Shown: positions 19,827-31,900 of the stretch, piece by piece
Layout of the letters: each line of letters opens with the position of its first letter
Numbering within the stretch: position 1 is the stretch's first letter
Assembly: GCA_021796435.1 (NCBI GenBank)
Contig: JAJYXM010000016.1
Location: 182,625-246,624, forward strand
DNA length: 64,000 nt
From: a bacterium
GTDB taxonomy: Bacteria > Patescibacteriota > Patescibacteriia > 2-12-FULL-60-25
Reading direction: 5' to 3'
The notes under the pieces: model-generated
The model's input: the letters and a program-made list of their open reading frames with translations, nothing else
Databases searched by the model: none
Told to the model about the DNA's origin: nothing
Position numbers and translations under genes: made by a program

Positions 19827-22073
19827 ATGCATCTCAAGAAGCTCGAACTTCAAGGCTTTAAGACATTCGCCCAGAAAACCGTCTTGGAATTCCTGGGTGA
19901 GGGACAGGGGCGACGTGGAGTGACCGGCGTCGTAGGTCCGAACGGTTCGGGCAAATCCAATATCGCCGATTCTTTGCGTTGGGTGATGGGCGAGCAGAGC
20001 ATGCGCCTGTTGCGCAGCAAGAAGTCCGAAGATGTCATCTTTTCCGGTTCGGCCAAGAAGCCGCGCGCCGGATTCGCGGAAGTCAGCTTGACCATGGTCA
20101 ATGACGGGAATGATGAGATAGATCTGCCGGAGATCGTGATCACACGTCGGCTGTATCGGGATGGCCAATCGGAATATGAGATCAACAAGAAGGCCGTCCG
20201 CATGTCGGATGTCGTCATGCTGTTGGCGCAGTGCGGAGTCGGACAGCGGACTTATAGCGTCATCGGCCAAGGCATGGTCGACGCCGTGTTGTCCGCCAGC
20301 CCTGCAGAGCGCAAAGAATTTTTCGATGAGGCTTCGGGCCTCAAACCTTTCCAGCTGAAACGCCAATCGGCCGTACTGAAACTCGAGGCCACACGCGAGA
20401 ACCTGCAGCAGGCCGAGATGCTGTTACGTGAGATCGAACCGCGGTTGTCCTCGCTCGAGCGGCAGGTGAAAAGATTGAAACAACGTGAAGCCATCGAAGA
20501 GGAATTGCGTGGGTTAGAGAAGGAATACTTCGGCGGAGCCTGGGCGGAGATACGGGAGCGCCTCAGGACTGGGCAGTCCGAAGCAGCCGAAGCCAAGAAG
20601 CTTTTCGCCGAGCGGAATGCGGAAGCCGAGAAGATAGAGCAGGAGCTCGCGGCGTTGGAGAAAGCCACGCCGGTCTCAAGCGAACTGCGCGAAGTCAGGC
20701 AGGGAATCGACGCGCTGAAGGAAGAGAGGGCTAAGTTGCGCGAACGTCAGATCCGTCTGGAATCGCGGCGTGAGGTGGCGAAAGTACAGTCGTCAAAGCC
20801 CTGGTCGCCGCTGCCTTTGTCCAAGATCATAGACAGGATCGAAAAATTGAACTCCAGTCATGATGAGCTGTTGCAGGAATTGGGCAAGGAAGCGCCTGAC
20901 ATGGCGAAGCTCAAGAAGCTGGCGACTGAATTGAAGTCAGCCCACGAATCCTTATTGTCGCAGTTGCAGCAGCCTGCACCCGAAGTCAAAGAGACGCCGC
21001 AGGATCCGGAATTGGAGAAAGAGATGGCGGCATTACTGAAGGATACGGCGGCAGTTTCGGAGAAGATCTTGGCTGCGGAGAAGCAGCTCCAGGAGTTGAA
21101 CGCGAAAGATGACAAGGCTCGTTCGCATCTGTTCGAACTGCAACGTGCTTTGACCGCGAAGCGGCATGATGTGCAACGCGAGGAGCAGAGGTTGTCCGCG
21201 GCGAATGTCGCCCTGGCACGTCATGAGACGCGACGCGATGCTTATCTAGCAGAGTTGAGGCAGCAGGCGCCAGGTCTGGAGGGAGATGTCGAGAAATTGG
21301 CTGACGCGATAAACCAAAGGAAAAATGACGGAGAGCTTGAGGTGATGCGTTCGCGCATACAGCGTCTGCGATCGCAACTCGAGTTCATCGGCGGGATCGA
21401 TCCCGAGACCATCAAAGAACACGAGACGACGAAATTGCGTTTCGACACCTTGAGTACGCAGTCGCTGGATCTACGAGAGGCCATGAAGTCGCTGCAGGTC
21501 GTGTTGGAAGAACTGGACAAGACCATCAAGGAAAGGGGCGATGTGGCTTTCCGGCAGCTCAACCATGAGTTCGGGATTTATTTCAAGAAGCTGTTCAACG
21601 GAGGGGATGCCGAGCTGATCAAGGTCGAGCCAGAGGATGAAGGGGGCGGGGAGGAGACCGGTGAGGGAGAGCAGACCGAAGAGCAAGAAACGACGGCGGC
21701 AAAGCGCGAAGCGACGGGTATCGAAATACATGCCACGCCACCGGGAAAAAGGCTGAAGGCAATAGCTCTACTCTCGGGTGGTGAACGCGCTTTGACCTCG
21801 ATAGCTTTGATTTGTGCCATTATGGCCATCAACCCCTCACCATTCGTGGTGCTTGACGAGGTCGATGCCGCCCTGGATGAGTCGAACTCGCGTAAATTCG
21901 CCGAGATCGTCGATTCATTGTCGGACAATACGCAGTTCATCGTAGTTACCCACAACCGAGCCACTATGGACAAAGCGGATGTACTTTATGGCGTGACCAT
22001 GGGTGATGATGGTGTATCCCAGCTTTTATCGGTTAATTTGGAAGGTCGTGAGGCGACAAAAAACCCTAGATAA
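19827..22073 (+). CDS. smc: chromosome segregation protein SMC, short hinge-less form
   Basis: Canonical SMC N-terminal head (LELQGFKTF...VVGPNGSGKSNI.DSLRWVMGEQS...SEDVIFSGS) and C-terminal head (LSGGERALTSIAL..A......PF.VLDEVDAALDE.N...F......S..TQFIVVTHNR.TM..ADVLYGVTM). The protein is only 748 aa and no hinge motif was found. Confidence 0.85.
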   Translation: MHLKKLELQGFKTFAQKTVLEFLGEGQGRRGVTGVVGPNGSGKSNIADSLRWVMGEQSMRLLRSKKSEDVIFSGSAKKPRAGFAEVSLTMVNDGNDEIDLPEIVITRRLYRDGQSEYEINKKAVRMSDVVMLLAQCGVGQRTYSVIGQGMVDAVLSASPAERKEFFDEASGLKPFQLKRQSAVLKLEATRENLQQAEMLLREIEPRLSSLERQVKRLKQREAIEEELRGLEKEYFGGAWAEIRERLRTGQSEAAEAKKLFAERNAEAEKIEQELAALEKATPVSSELREVRQGIDALKEERAKLRERQIRLESRREVAKVQSSKPWSPLPLSKIIDRIEKLNSSHDELLQELGKEAPDMAKLKKLATELKSAHESLLSQLQQPAPEVKETPQDPELEKEMAALLKDTAAVSEKILAAEKQLQELNAKDDKARSHLFELQRALTAKRHDVQREEQRLSAANVALARHETRRDAYLAELRQQAPGLEGDVEKLADAINQRKNDGELEVMRSRIQRLRSQLEFIGGIDPETIKEHETTKLRFDTLSTQSLDLREAMKSLQVVLEELDKTIKERGDVAFRQLNHEFGIYFKKLFNGGDAELIKVEPEDEGGGEETGEGEQTEEQETTAAKREATGIEIHATPPGKRLKAIALLSGGERALTSIALICAIMAINPSPFVVLDEVDAALDESNSRKFAEIVDSLSDNTQFIVVTHNRATMDKADVLYGVTMGDDGVSQLLSVNLEGREATKNPR

Positions 22074-22132
22074 TCAGTAAAACGTCTAAAGAAGGCCAAG
22101 ATTCATCTAAATTTAGACGAGCCGTCCCAGAC

Positions 22133-22161
22133 TTGACAGGTTAAAGCTTATTTGGTTTAAT
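22133..22161 (+). promoter_or_regulatory. sigma70-like promoter
   Basis: TTGACA, 17-nt spacer, TTTAAT. A second TTGACAGG box lies about 110 nt downstream. Confidence 0.4.
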
Positions 22162-22486
22162 CTTAACAGATCTTTGAAGCGGCCTATGGAAGGGACCGTT
22201 TTTTCGTCTCTGGGCGCCGTCGTCACTTGACAGGATCGGCCAGACGTGATAAAAAGCAACATTCACTTTTAAAGAAACACGAGATTCCAGGTAATCCGCG
22301 TCCACGACAAGCATGGAATTTATTTTGTAGGATGCAACCGGTCTTCGGACTTGTTCTCTCCTATAAATAAATTTCTTGGGTGCGGATTACCCGGGATCTT
22401 GTTTTGTTATACGAGGTTTTCGGGGAGCGCCATGGCGCTCGTTGATCCATGGCTGGGTGTTTACAACCGGTCCGTTTCTATATAAG

Positions 22487-22708
22487 ATGGCTCATCTTAT
22501 GTTGAAGGGAAAAATAATAGCTTTGAACGGGAACATCGCGAACATCCAGACCGCAGACGGGCAGATCCTGAATATCGAAATCGATAACCTCGAAGGTCAG
22601 GCCAAGGAGGGCCAGGAGGTCGCTCTTGTCGCGGCTGTTTTGGGCGGGGAGGAGGCTGGTCGGCAAGAGTTGGCGAGGCATCTCCTCAACGAGCTGTTGA
22701 AAGGGTAG
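22487..22708 (+). CDS. DUF3006-like small protein
   Basis: 74 aa (KGKIIALNGNIANIQTADGQILNIEIDNLEGQAKEGQEVAL) matches the DUF3006 pattern. Sits 11 nt upstream of the VanW gene. The longer ORF starting at 22376 is judged an upstream artefact. Confidence 0.55.
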   Translation: MAHLMLKGKIIALNGNIANIQTADGQILNIEIDNLEGQAKEGQEVALVAAVLGGEEAGRQELARHLLNELLKG

Positions 22709-22718
22709 AATATACGCC

Positions 22719-24563
22719 ATGACTGAAAATAAAAAATCGAAGCTCCAGTCGCTTAAGCTTCTGCTTACCTGGGCTAACGTGACCGTGGTTGTGACTGCGC
22801 TGGCCCTTTTGATGGTGGTCGGGTCATTGGTGGCTTATGGGCGCCTATACGAGAATCGAATGTTCCCTGGCGTGAGGGTCTATGGAGTGCGTGTCGATGG
22901 CCTGACCAAGAGCGAGGCACGTCAGACTGTCCAGGACGCAATCGATAGCGCCTTACATGGTGGGTTGCGTTTCAGGTTCAGAGGTAGGGACGTCTCCATC
23001 GATGCGACGACTGTCGCGACTGATCCGGATGCTTCACGCGATCTGATCAGATACGATGTCGAGAAGGCGATCGATGATGCATTTGCGTTCGGCCGCGACA
23101 GCGGTTGGCGGCAGGATATCGGCGAACAGGTGAGAGCCAGGGTCGTGCCGCGTAATTTCACGGCACAGGTCACGATAGATGAGGCGGGGATCGCGGACTC
23201 GGTGAATTCCACTTTAGCGAAGGATTTGGATCCGGTCCAAGACGCTAAGTTGGCCATAAGCTTCGAAGACGGAAAAGTAGTGACCAAGATAGAGACCGAG
23301 AAGACGGGTACGGTCTTGATCACGCAACCGGCGATCGAGGAATTGAGGAGCCAGGTGCTTGACTTGGCCTTCAAGCCGATTGACTTGAGCGAGCGGAGCA
23401 TCGAGCCGACTATTAAGTATTCCGATCTGGAGGGTCTGGAACCGAAGGTGACGGAGATGCTGTCACGACCAGGCTTGGTATTCACTTATGCCAAATCCAA
23501 GTTCGCCGTACCGACTTCGACTTTAGCCTCTTGGATAAGCGTGACCAGCACCGCAGGAGGGTTGAGCCTGACTTTAGATGAGCAGATGTTCGCTGATGGG
23601 GTGCGTGCTTTGGCCAAAGAGGTGGAAGTGGACGGAAAGAACGGCAGTCTGGTGGTGAAGGATGGAAAAATACAGTCTTTCGTGGCAGGTACGGATGGGG
23701 TCAGGATCATGACGGATGAATTATACGGACAGGTCATGGCCGAATGGCCTGCGACTTCGACTTTCGCCCTGTTGACCAAGAAAGTCCCGGCGACATTGGT
23801 CGGAGAAGACCCGGAAAAGATAGGCATCAAGGAATTGATAGGCGTGGGTACCTCGGATTTCTCCGGTTCGCCGGTCAACCGACGCAAGAACATCGCACGC
23901 GGAGTCGAGCTGTTGAACGGCACCATCGTAGAGCCGGGTGAAGTCTTTTCGTTGGTGGACACGATGGGGGATATAGACGGTCCGCATGGCTGGTATCCGG
24001 AGATGGTCATCAAAGGAGATAAGACATTGCCCGAATATGGCGGTGGGTTATGCCAGATAGGCACGACGGCCTTCCGCGCAGCGATGGATTCCGGCTTGCC
24101 CATAGTAGAACGGCAGAATCACTCCTATCGTGTGCGGTATTATGAGCCGGCAGGCACGGATGCGACCATTTATGGACCTCATCCTGATTTGAGGTTCAAG
24201 AACGATACGGGCAACAAGATCCTGATCAACGCCTATGTGAAAGGGGATATACTGACGTTCGAGTTTTGGGGCACGGGCGATGGGAGAATCGCGCAGCGGA
24301 CAGACCCACATATCTACAACATAACCGCACCGCCACCGACGAAATTAGTCGAAACGTTGGATTTAGCTCCGGGCAAAAAGAAGTGTACGGAAATAGCGCA
24401 CTGGGGTGCGGATGCGGATTTCACTTATACCGTGAAGATGCCGGATGGACAGGTTTTGACTCAAGTGTTCCGCAGCCATTATCGACCTTGGCAAGCCGTG
24501 TGTCTTATCGGTGTAGAGAAACTGGGCACGACTGACACGGCGACGAGCACTACAGGCGGATAG
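22719..24563 (+). CDS. VanW family protein
   Basis: 614 aa with an N-terminal TM anchor and a VanW domain (NIARGVELLNGTIVEPGEVFSL...GGGLCQIGTTAFRAAMDSGLPIVER.NH). Confidence 0.85.
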   Translation: MTENKKSKLQSLKLLLTWANVTVVVTALALLMVVGSLVAYGRLYENRMFPGVRVYGVRVDGLTKSEARQTVQDAIDSALHGGLRFRFRGRDVSIDATTVATDPDASRDLIRYDVEKAIDDAFAFGRDSGWRQDIGEQVRARVVPRNFTAQVTIDEAGIADSVNSTLAKDLDPVQDAKLAISFEDGKVVTKIETEKTGTVLITQPAIEELRSQVLDLAFKPIDLSERSIEPTIKYSDLEGLEPKVTEMLSRPGLVFTYAKSKFAVPTSTLASWISVTSTAGGLSLTLDEQMFADGVRALAKEVEVDGKNGSLVVKDGKIQSFVAGTDGVRIMTDELYGQVMAEWPATSTFALLTKKVPATLVGEDPEKIGIKELIGVGTSDFSGSPVNRRKNIARGVELLNGTIVEPGEVFSLVDTMGDIDGPHGWYPEMVIKGDKTLPEYGGGLCQIGTTAFRAAMDSGLPIVERQNHSYRVRYYEPAGTDATIYGPHPDLRFKNDTGNKILINAYVKGDILTFEFWGTGDGRIAQRTDPHIYNITAPPPTKLVETLDLAPGKKKCTEIAHWGADADFTYTVKMPDGQVLTQVFRSHYRPWQAVCLIGVEKLGTTDTATSTTGG

Positions 24564-24593
24564 ACATATATCATCAACTATCATCAACCCGAA

Positions 24594-24625
24594 TGCCCAC
24601 CTTTTTAAAAAGAGGTGGGCATTTT
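24594..24625 (+). terminator. intrinsic terminator after the VanW gene
   Basis: gcccacct-ttttaaaaag-aggtgggc followed by attttt. Confidence 0.7.
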
Positions 24626-24643
24626 TGACGTTGATACGGAATC

Positions 24644-25075
24644 GTGAAAATGATTTCTCAAACCGTGACTTCAGTTCATGGGGCGGATTTGGTATCATGT
24701 CGCCATATGCAAGATTATGCAGTGCCAGAATGGCAAGCGGGTTCGAGTGAAGGACAACTCTCGGTCGATGTTTTCCGTGATGGTGATGAGCTCGTGGTGC
24801 GTTCTACGGTCGCCGGAGTCAAGCCGGAAGATCTGGACATAAATATCCACGGTGACTTGTTGACTATACGCGGCAAGCGTGAAGCCTCGAAGGAGGTATC
24901 AGAAGAGGATTGGTATTACCGTGAATGTTTTTGGGGTTCTTTCAGTCGGAGTCTGGTTTTGCCTTATGAGGTAGCGACTGATCTGACGAGCGCTTCGTTG
25001 AAGAACGGGGTTTTGGAAGTACGCATCCCTATCCGTGAAAAGGGCAAGAAAGTCAAGATAGATTGGGAAGAATAG
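24644..25075 (+). CDS. Hsp20/alpha-crystallin family small heat-shock protein
   Basis: Alpha-crystallin domain (VDVFRDGDELVVRSTVAGVKPEDLDINIHGDLLTIRGKRE...VLEVRIP). The start is ambiguous (24644 or the in-frame ATG at 24707). Confidence 0.85.
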   Translation: MKMISQTVTSVHGADLVSCRHMQDYAVPEWQAGSSEGQLSVDVFRDGDELVVRSTVAGVKPEDLDINIHGDLLTIRGKREASKEVSEEDWYYRECFWGSFSRSLVLPYEVATDLTSASLKNGVLEVRIPIREKGKKVKIDWEE

Positions 25076-25224
25076 GAAGCTCTAGGCGTAAAAAATAGCT
25101 TTTTATATCCAGACAAGGGTAGTTGGTGATCGGGCTTGCATGTTCGGCAGAAAGACATGGGGATATGCCGAAGAAGTAAGTCCTTTTTTTATTGTGATTG
25201 TGCTATACTTAGCGCATAAACACG

Positions 25225-25950
25225 ATGTGGGATTCTATCGTTCTGCGTTGGCAATCCTTGACCAAGGGGCAGCAGATCTTGTTGGTGGTTTTTTCGATTG
25301 CCGGCGTGCTGACATTCGGTCTTTCGTTGTATCGGATAAGCTATACGATCAGATCGCCCTTCCTGACAGACAAGCAGGCTATCTATAGCGCAAAAGAGTT
25401 GATAGGTCTGACGCCTGCAGAAGAGACTGCAAAACAGAAGCGCTTGGATACCGACGGGGATGGATTATCCGATTGGGATGAAGAGAACACCTATCATACG
25501 AATCCGAATTCCCGAGATTCCTGTGGCGACGGTATGCCCGACAATGTCCGTGTAGCGACCGGCAAAAATTTGGTTTGCGGACAGCTCGGCAATCTGGATT
25601 ATTCAGGCGTAGCAGGCGGATCATCATCTGCTTTCGATGGTTTGCCGCAAACTGCCCAGCCGACGGATCAAGGTAGCCAGGATGCCGCGTTCCTGATGCA
25701 CGTGGCAACCAGCGGAACCAGCGCTATGGGCGTGGATTCTTCCGGCGCTGCTACTACTTTGCCGCGTGATCCGGTGATGATCAGACAGCTACTTAAGGGT
25801 CAAGTAAGTGACGCGGAGTTGAACGCCTTAAGTGATGACGACCTGCTGAAGCTATACGACGATGCCATGGCCAAAATCAAGAACAACGGCCAAACCGAAA
25901 ACGCCGGTGGCACAAGTTCTACTCCGGCCGTTCAAAACAACAACCAATAA
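25225..25950 (+). CDS. membrane-anchored protein with a thrombospondin type-3-like Ca-binding repeat
   Basis: N-terminal TM helix, then LDTDGDGLSDWDEENTYHTNPNSRDSCGDGMPD (TSP3/dockerin-like D-x-D-x-D-G motifs). Its stop lies 4 nt before the giant gene's start. Confidence 0.6.
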   Translation: MWDSIVLRWQSLTKGQQILLVVFSIAGVLTFGLSLYRISYTIRSPFLTDKQAIYSAKELIGLTPAEETAKQKRLDTDGDGLSDWDEENTYHTNPNSRDSCGDGMPDNVRVATGKNLVCGQLGNLDYSGVAGGSSSAFDGLPQTAQPTDQGSQDAAFLMHVATSGTSAMGVDSSGAATTLPRDPVMIRQLLKGQVSDAELNALSDDDLLKLYDDAMAKIKNNGQTENAGGTSSTPAVQNNNQ

Positions 25951-25953
25951 ATT

Positions 25954-28900
25954 ATGAAAGCACGTAGCGGACCATTAAGCAGCGGAGCAGCGAAAGTTGC
26001 CTTGGGAGGGGTATTGTTGGCGATCGTCGTCTTTGGCTGGCTGCCTCGTGAGGCCAAAGCGATCGTCATCGATCAGAACCCGGCAAACCAGGGTCCGGCG
26101 GCTGCAGGCATGGCAAATCTCGAAGCCTGTATTCAGATAGGCAAAGCCATAGACAGCGGTTCGTATAGTCCGACGGGAGGTTTGGTGACAGAGATCAGCG
26201 CAGTCTATAAGAATGATTGTAACTACACCCAGTTGTTGGAGATGAGGCAGGCGGAAATCGCCGGGCAATGGCAATTCGCCATTACGCGTGCCCTTTTAGG
26301 GACGTTGAATAAATTCACGCAGCAGGTCGGTCAAAACCTTGCCAACTGGGTCTTGGAGGGTGCGCACGGCAACCCTACTTTCTATAAGAAGAATTTTTGG
26401 GGCTTCCTTAAGGATGTGGGCCAAGATTTCACCAACAGATTCATAGATGACGTGGATAAACAATGGGGTTTAGGCTTGTGCCAACCGATCAGTTTGAGCA
26501 TGAAGCTGGGTATCCCGTTCGCACCTCTGCCCATAGACGAACCGGATTGTACTTTGGCTGGCGTAAGGAACGCGTTCGAGCAGACCTATAAGCAGCTTAC
26601 GCCGCACGAATTGGCGAATACGTTCATGGACGCTTTGAGGGACGGAAGGAACAATCCTTTGGAGTTCCAGCTGCGTATCAACAGCATGGCGGTCATCGGA
26701 CGCGAGGAGGCCAAGCAAGGAGCGGCACAACAAAGACAGGAGAACGCCGGAATGAACACCATGACCGTAGGTCCGCTGAGTTCTTCGATCAAGACGCCTG
26801 CCTTGATTGTCCAGCAGACGCTAGATGCACAGAATCCCGCCAAATTGATGAATGAAGTCACGCAGGCCCAGATGACTTCATATGCTTGGGAAGCGATGAC
26901 GGCGGGTCTGCAACAGCTGCCACAGATCGCGGGTATGGCTTTTTTGACTACCTTGGCTGAAGGGGCGTTGAACAAACTGTTGAATTATTGGTTCACGGAT
27001 AATTCCGAGGCGACGACGGATGTCTATCAGATAGACTTGACCAACCCCTATGCCCAGCAGAATGCGCAGCCTAAGACAGGCGATGCGACCAAAAAGATAT
27101 TCACTGACATAATCACACCCAACCTCAGAACTTCTGATGAAGTGAATTTCCTGTCGGAGATGACGGTGTGCGCGGATATGCGAGGTTACTGGAACTGCAC
27201 TTTGGATGAGGCTTTGGCGAATGCGTTGTTGGAAGGCGGTACAAATGGCGGTATTACGGTGCTCAAAGCCGCTGGAATGACGAGCGATAATATTGGGGTA
27301 CAGCCAGTCCTGCATAAGGACTGGGAGCTTATACCTATCACTGAAGCTAAAGATAACCAGGATCCGGGTTGTTTCCAGAGGTCATACTGCGCTTCCAACC
27401 TGGCTAAGCTGCGTTTTGCGCGCATCATCCCGATAGGCTGGGAACTGGCGGCCAATTCCCCTTACAACAAAAAAGTGAACGGCAAATATGTGACTCTTGA
27501 GGCGGTGATCCGCGGGTTCAATGATTGTAACGATTCAGGACAGGCTGACGCGACACATCCGTGGTGCCATCTGATCAATCCGAGTTGGGTCTTGACCGCA
27601 GTTCCGTTCAAATGCCAACTGAAAGGTTACGGGCAGATGTTGATGGCTCCTGGGATGAATGCACGTATCCAGGAGTGCACGGATTTGGTCTCATGCCTGC
27701 AACGAGACGATAAAGGCAATTGTCTGGGGGCTTATGGTTACTGCATGGCGGAAAAGACGGTTTGGCGTTTTGGTGGAGATCAGTGCGACGAAAAATACGT
27801 CAGCTGTAGGACATACACTTCGCGCAGCGACGGTCCTCATCAGGGTGATACATTATCCCTCACGCGAAATACGATAGATTACGGGGCATGTAACCAAGAC
27901 AATATCGGGTGCATGTACTATCTGACCACGCCCGACATAAGCACTTCGACAACGGGCAAATGGGTGGATAAAGCAACAGTCATCAAATCAAACGGCGTGG
28001 TCAAAGGCGCGGATATACACCAGACTCCTCGTGTCTACTTCGATTCGAGCGTGGAGTCTTGCGATGCATCGGGTAACGGTTGCACCAAGGTGCTGAAAGT
28101 GGAGCAGGGCAAACCATCATTAAACCTGATCAAGAACAGCTCGTTCGAGAATGATGATGCAAAGAATCCGGGTAAGCTGGATGGTTGGTTCAAGTTCTTG
28201 GATGGTTCGCCATATCAATATACTGCCTTCTTGGCGGATGTGGGGGATTCTAGCCGCACCGGATCGCGCGGTATCGAGGTCACCGGGTCACCTGACTACA
28301 ATACGGCTCCTTTCCAACAGGTCACGATCTATCCGTTGAGGAATTATGTATTGTCGTTCTACGCCAGGACGAATAATTCCGCGGGAACGCATAAAGCTTC
28401 AGTCAGTTTGGTCTTGAACAGAAATTTCGCGCCAGCTTTATCGCAGTCTTCCTTGGTCGCTCAGGTTGCCGGCCAGACGTATTTCAGGAGCAGCGCATGT
28501 TTGTCCAATATCTCAAGCTTAGCCGTAGGTTTCCCGTCTTTCATCAACTCCAACAACACGGTGAGCGCCGGAAGCAGTCAATTGACCGAAGAATGGCAGA
28601 GGTTCACTTGTGAGTTCGTGTCGAATGCTGACGTCACGGGAGGAAGGATTTTTGTGGGTGGAGCAGGAGCAGCCATCGAAGATGTGCAACTGGAAGAGGG
28701 CGACAAGGCTACGGATTATCTCGAGTCATTATCCAGCGGATTGAAGAGCGAATACCTTAAGTTGCCGCCGGAGGTCTATGGATGTATAGGGGACGACAAG
28801 AGCGATCGGGCAGAGTGTAAAAGCTTCGCTCGGATGTGTTCGCAGGCCGATGCGGGTTGTCAGGGATATACGGATTCTTCAGGCGCCGATCCGACGGAAG

Positions 28901-31900
28901 TGCCAGCCATACTGTCGACCGGTGATTATTGTCCCAGTACCTGCGTCGGATACGCGGAATATCTGAAGATGCCGTCAGCTTTTGATCTGGTGAAGACGGG
29001 CGCGGCGAATCCGGCGACCGATCCTTTGACCGATCCGAATGACGACACGACAGCCAATTTCGTTCCGAAATACGCGGCACAGTGCAGTGCTGATCAGGTG
29101 GGTTGTGAAGCGTTCACCAATCTGGAGGCGGCTGCCGGTGGAGGAGAGGATACCGTGTACTTGACCTATGCACGAGCTTGCCAAAAGCCGAATGATGATT
29201 CCACTACGTATTTCACCTGGGAAGGATCGGAGACGACTGGCTATCAATTGCGAACCTGGAGCCTGATCAAGGAGACGAATCAGACTCTGCCGGCACCGAA
29301 TCTCGTGGGTGCACCGAAGATACTGCGCAAAGCCGGACCTGACGGAATCCTCAAGGATCCCGCGGACTGCGATGAGCAGAGCTGGAAAGACGGAGCAGAT
29401 CTGGATTGTCGCCAGATATACGACGAGAACGGACAGGCTTATTACCGCTATTTCTCGCAGACCATAGTCTCGAGCGCGTCATGCGTGGACTACCGCAAGA
29501 ACAACCAGAATGCGGATGACTGCGTGAAGACGGGTGGGGATTATCGCCAAGCCACGAATGATTGCGTGTATCATATACTCGCCAGCGAAAGCAATACGTG
29601 TACAGCGGCGAATGCCGGTTGTCGCGCATACCTTGGTTCGCGTGGCCGTAATACGGCGAACGTATTCTATGAAGCGTTCAAGGATGCGGCCGGCAACGTG
29701 CCGGTGTATACCGCCCAATCTTCAGTGACGCTCAAGGTCTCGACTGAAGCTCTTTTGGTGGGGGATTACTCATTGAAGATCGACAACAGCAACACGAGCC
29801 AAGCGACGGTGGTGAATGTAGATTTCGATGCGACGACGGGTACGCTCTATACGGTCAGTTTCTGGTATAAGACGACGAACGCTACGGCTAAGACCGTGAC
29901 GATAAATTTGGGCCCGACTGCCGTCGGGACGTTCAAGACGTCGAGCGACTGGAAACGTTTCGAGATCGGACCGTTCAGGGCGACAAAAGGCGGAAAGGCG
30001 ACTTTGAGTTGGACCGGCATGCCGAATACATCTTATCTGGATGAGATAAGCATCCAGCGGTTGCAGGACGTGTCGTATGTGGTCAAGGATTCCTGGACCA
30101 TCCCTGTGGAGTGCGATCAGACGCCGGAAGGCATTCCGCAAGCCCAGGCCATGTTGGGTTGTCGTGAATATCGCGATAGGGACGGAAATAGCGTAACCGT
30201 AAGACAATTCTCGAGGTTGTGTAGATACGATCTGATCGGTTGCAAGGCTTTCATCGACACACGCAATAGCGACGATCCGTATTATCAATCCTTTACCCTG
30301 AAAGGGTTGGCCTATCCTCAAACCGCCAAACCGTGGGACACGTTGTATGCCGGAGACGATCAGGTCTATCGTCCAGCCGACAGATTCGTCTACGCCGTGG
30401 ATGATCCGTCTTTCCGTTGTGACCAGAGCCAGATGTCTTGCAGAGCATTCGGTAAACAGAAGTTCGACAATCTGGGTATCCCGACCTCGACATATGAGAC
30501 GGTGTATCTGAAGGACGACATCACGAAATACGTCGATCAAGGCAATGAACCGCAGATGTTGTGCCGACCGAGCGAACTTTTCTGCGATAAATTCGTCAGC
30601 GGTCCTGTCACTTCGTATTTCCGTGCGCCGTTGCAGCATATATGCGAATGGCAAGATAAGGTGGAATTGGAGGCATCCACCAATCCGTCATATCCAAAGG
30701 GACAATATTCCGGATGGTTCGTGAGAGGTTCATCTCCTCCGCAACCATGCTATCCGGAGAAGCTGAGCGGAGGACAGACTTTCCTTGGCGAGTTCTCGGG
30801 TTCTCCGAATTATCGGGGCACGACTTCGGCTTGTCCGGCTGACCAGTCCGAATGTACGGAATTCCGTGATACGAACGACCATTCCGACCAATCGCACCCG
30901 TTAGGTAAACCGTATTTCTTCATCAACAATAATCTATTAGATAAATCCAGCTGCGGCGGCAAAGTCGATCCTTTGTCAGGTTGTGTGTTGTTCCGTGACA
31001 TGAACGATAGCAGTTTGCCGTTCAGCGCAAAGGCGACTTACGCCAAATCGCATGCCGAGGGGGACAGTGCGACTGATGCGGTGAATTGCGTGAGTGATCC
31101 GAATAATCAGTATTGCAAGAAAGCGGGGACATGTACGGATATAAAACTGATCAGTTGCGCCAAGAACAGCAGTGGGAATAACGGCTATGATTGTTCATCC
31201 GATCCGTACGTGGCGCCATGGTTAAAAACAGTGCCCGGTTCGTCCTGTACTAGCGATGCCGATTGTTCTAATGATACTTCCGACGACCATACGAACGGCT
31301 TCATCGCGACCGGCCGCTGTTCGGTGAACGACTCCAACCTGGTGATCAAGGTAAAGCTGGATCGAGACTGCCAGGCTTGGTTGGGCTGTTCGACGCAAGA
31401 GACGGTGTTCGACCCGGCGCAAGGCAAGTATGTGGATTTGTGCACGGCATTGTCTTTATGCGACCAGTTGAGCGGCGCTACCGACAGCCAGTTCTGTAAT
31501 CACTACATTGACCGAAAATCAGATGCCACACAAGCGGTGATGCGACAAGGACAGTTCTTGGATCAGGCGACATATATAGATCGTCCGGTCACGTTCACGG
31601 ATTGGGATTATTCTGGCTATACCCTGCCTAACCATTATCAGATACCGGATATACAAAGCCGCCGCATGGCTTTCGAGCTGATGAATAAACGACTGGGTGA
31701 TTTGCAGCCTGGTTTGACCAAAGAATATCGTGACGTGGCAGCGGTGCCATTCAATAAAGCCAAGACGATCACTGATTTGAAGTTCAGCTATCTTAATTTG
31801 TGCCAAGTCGATCAGACAGGCGTCGTCGGATATTACATACCGAAGGCTTCTGGCAGCCCGGATTATTGTTATGTCGCGATCGACAAGGCCTATTCGCAGT

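Noticed and set aside
22376-22486. N-terminal extension of the DUF3006 ORF (MGADYPGSCFVIRGFRG...)
   Set aside because: The extension overlaps palindromic intergenic sequence and is not part of the family pattern. The ATG at 22487 was preferred.
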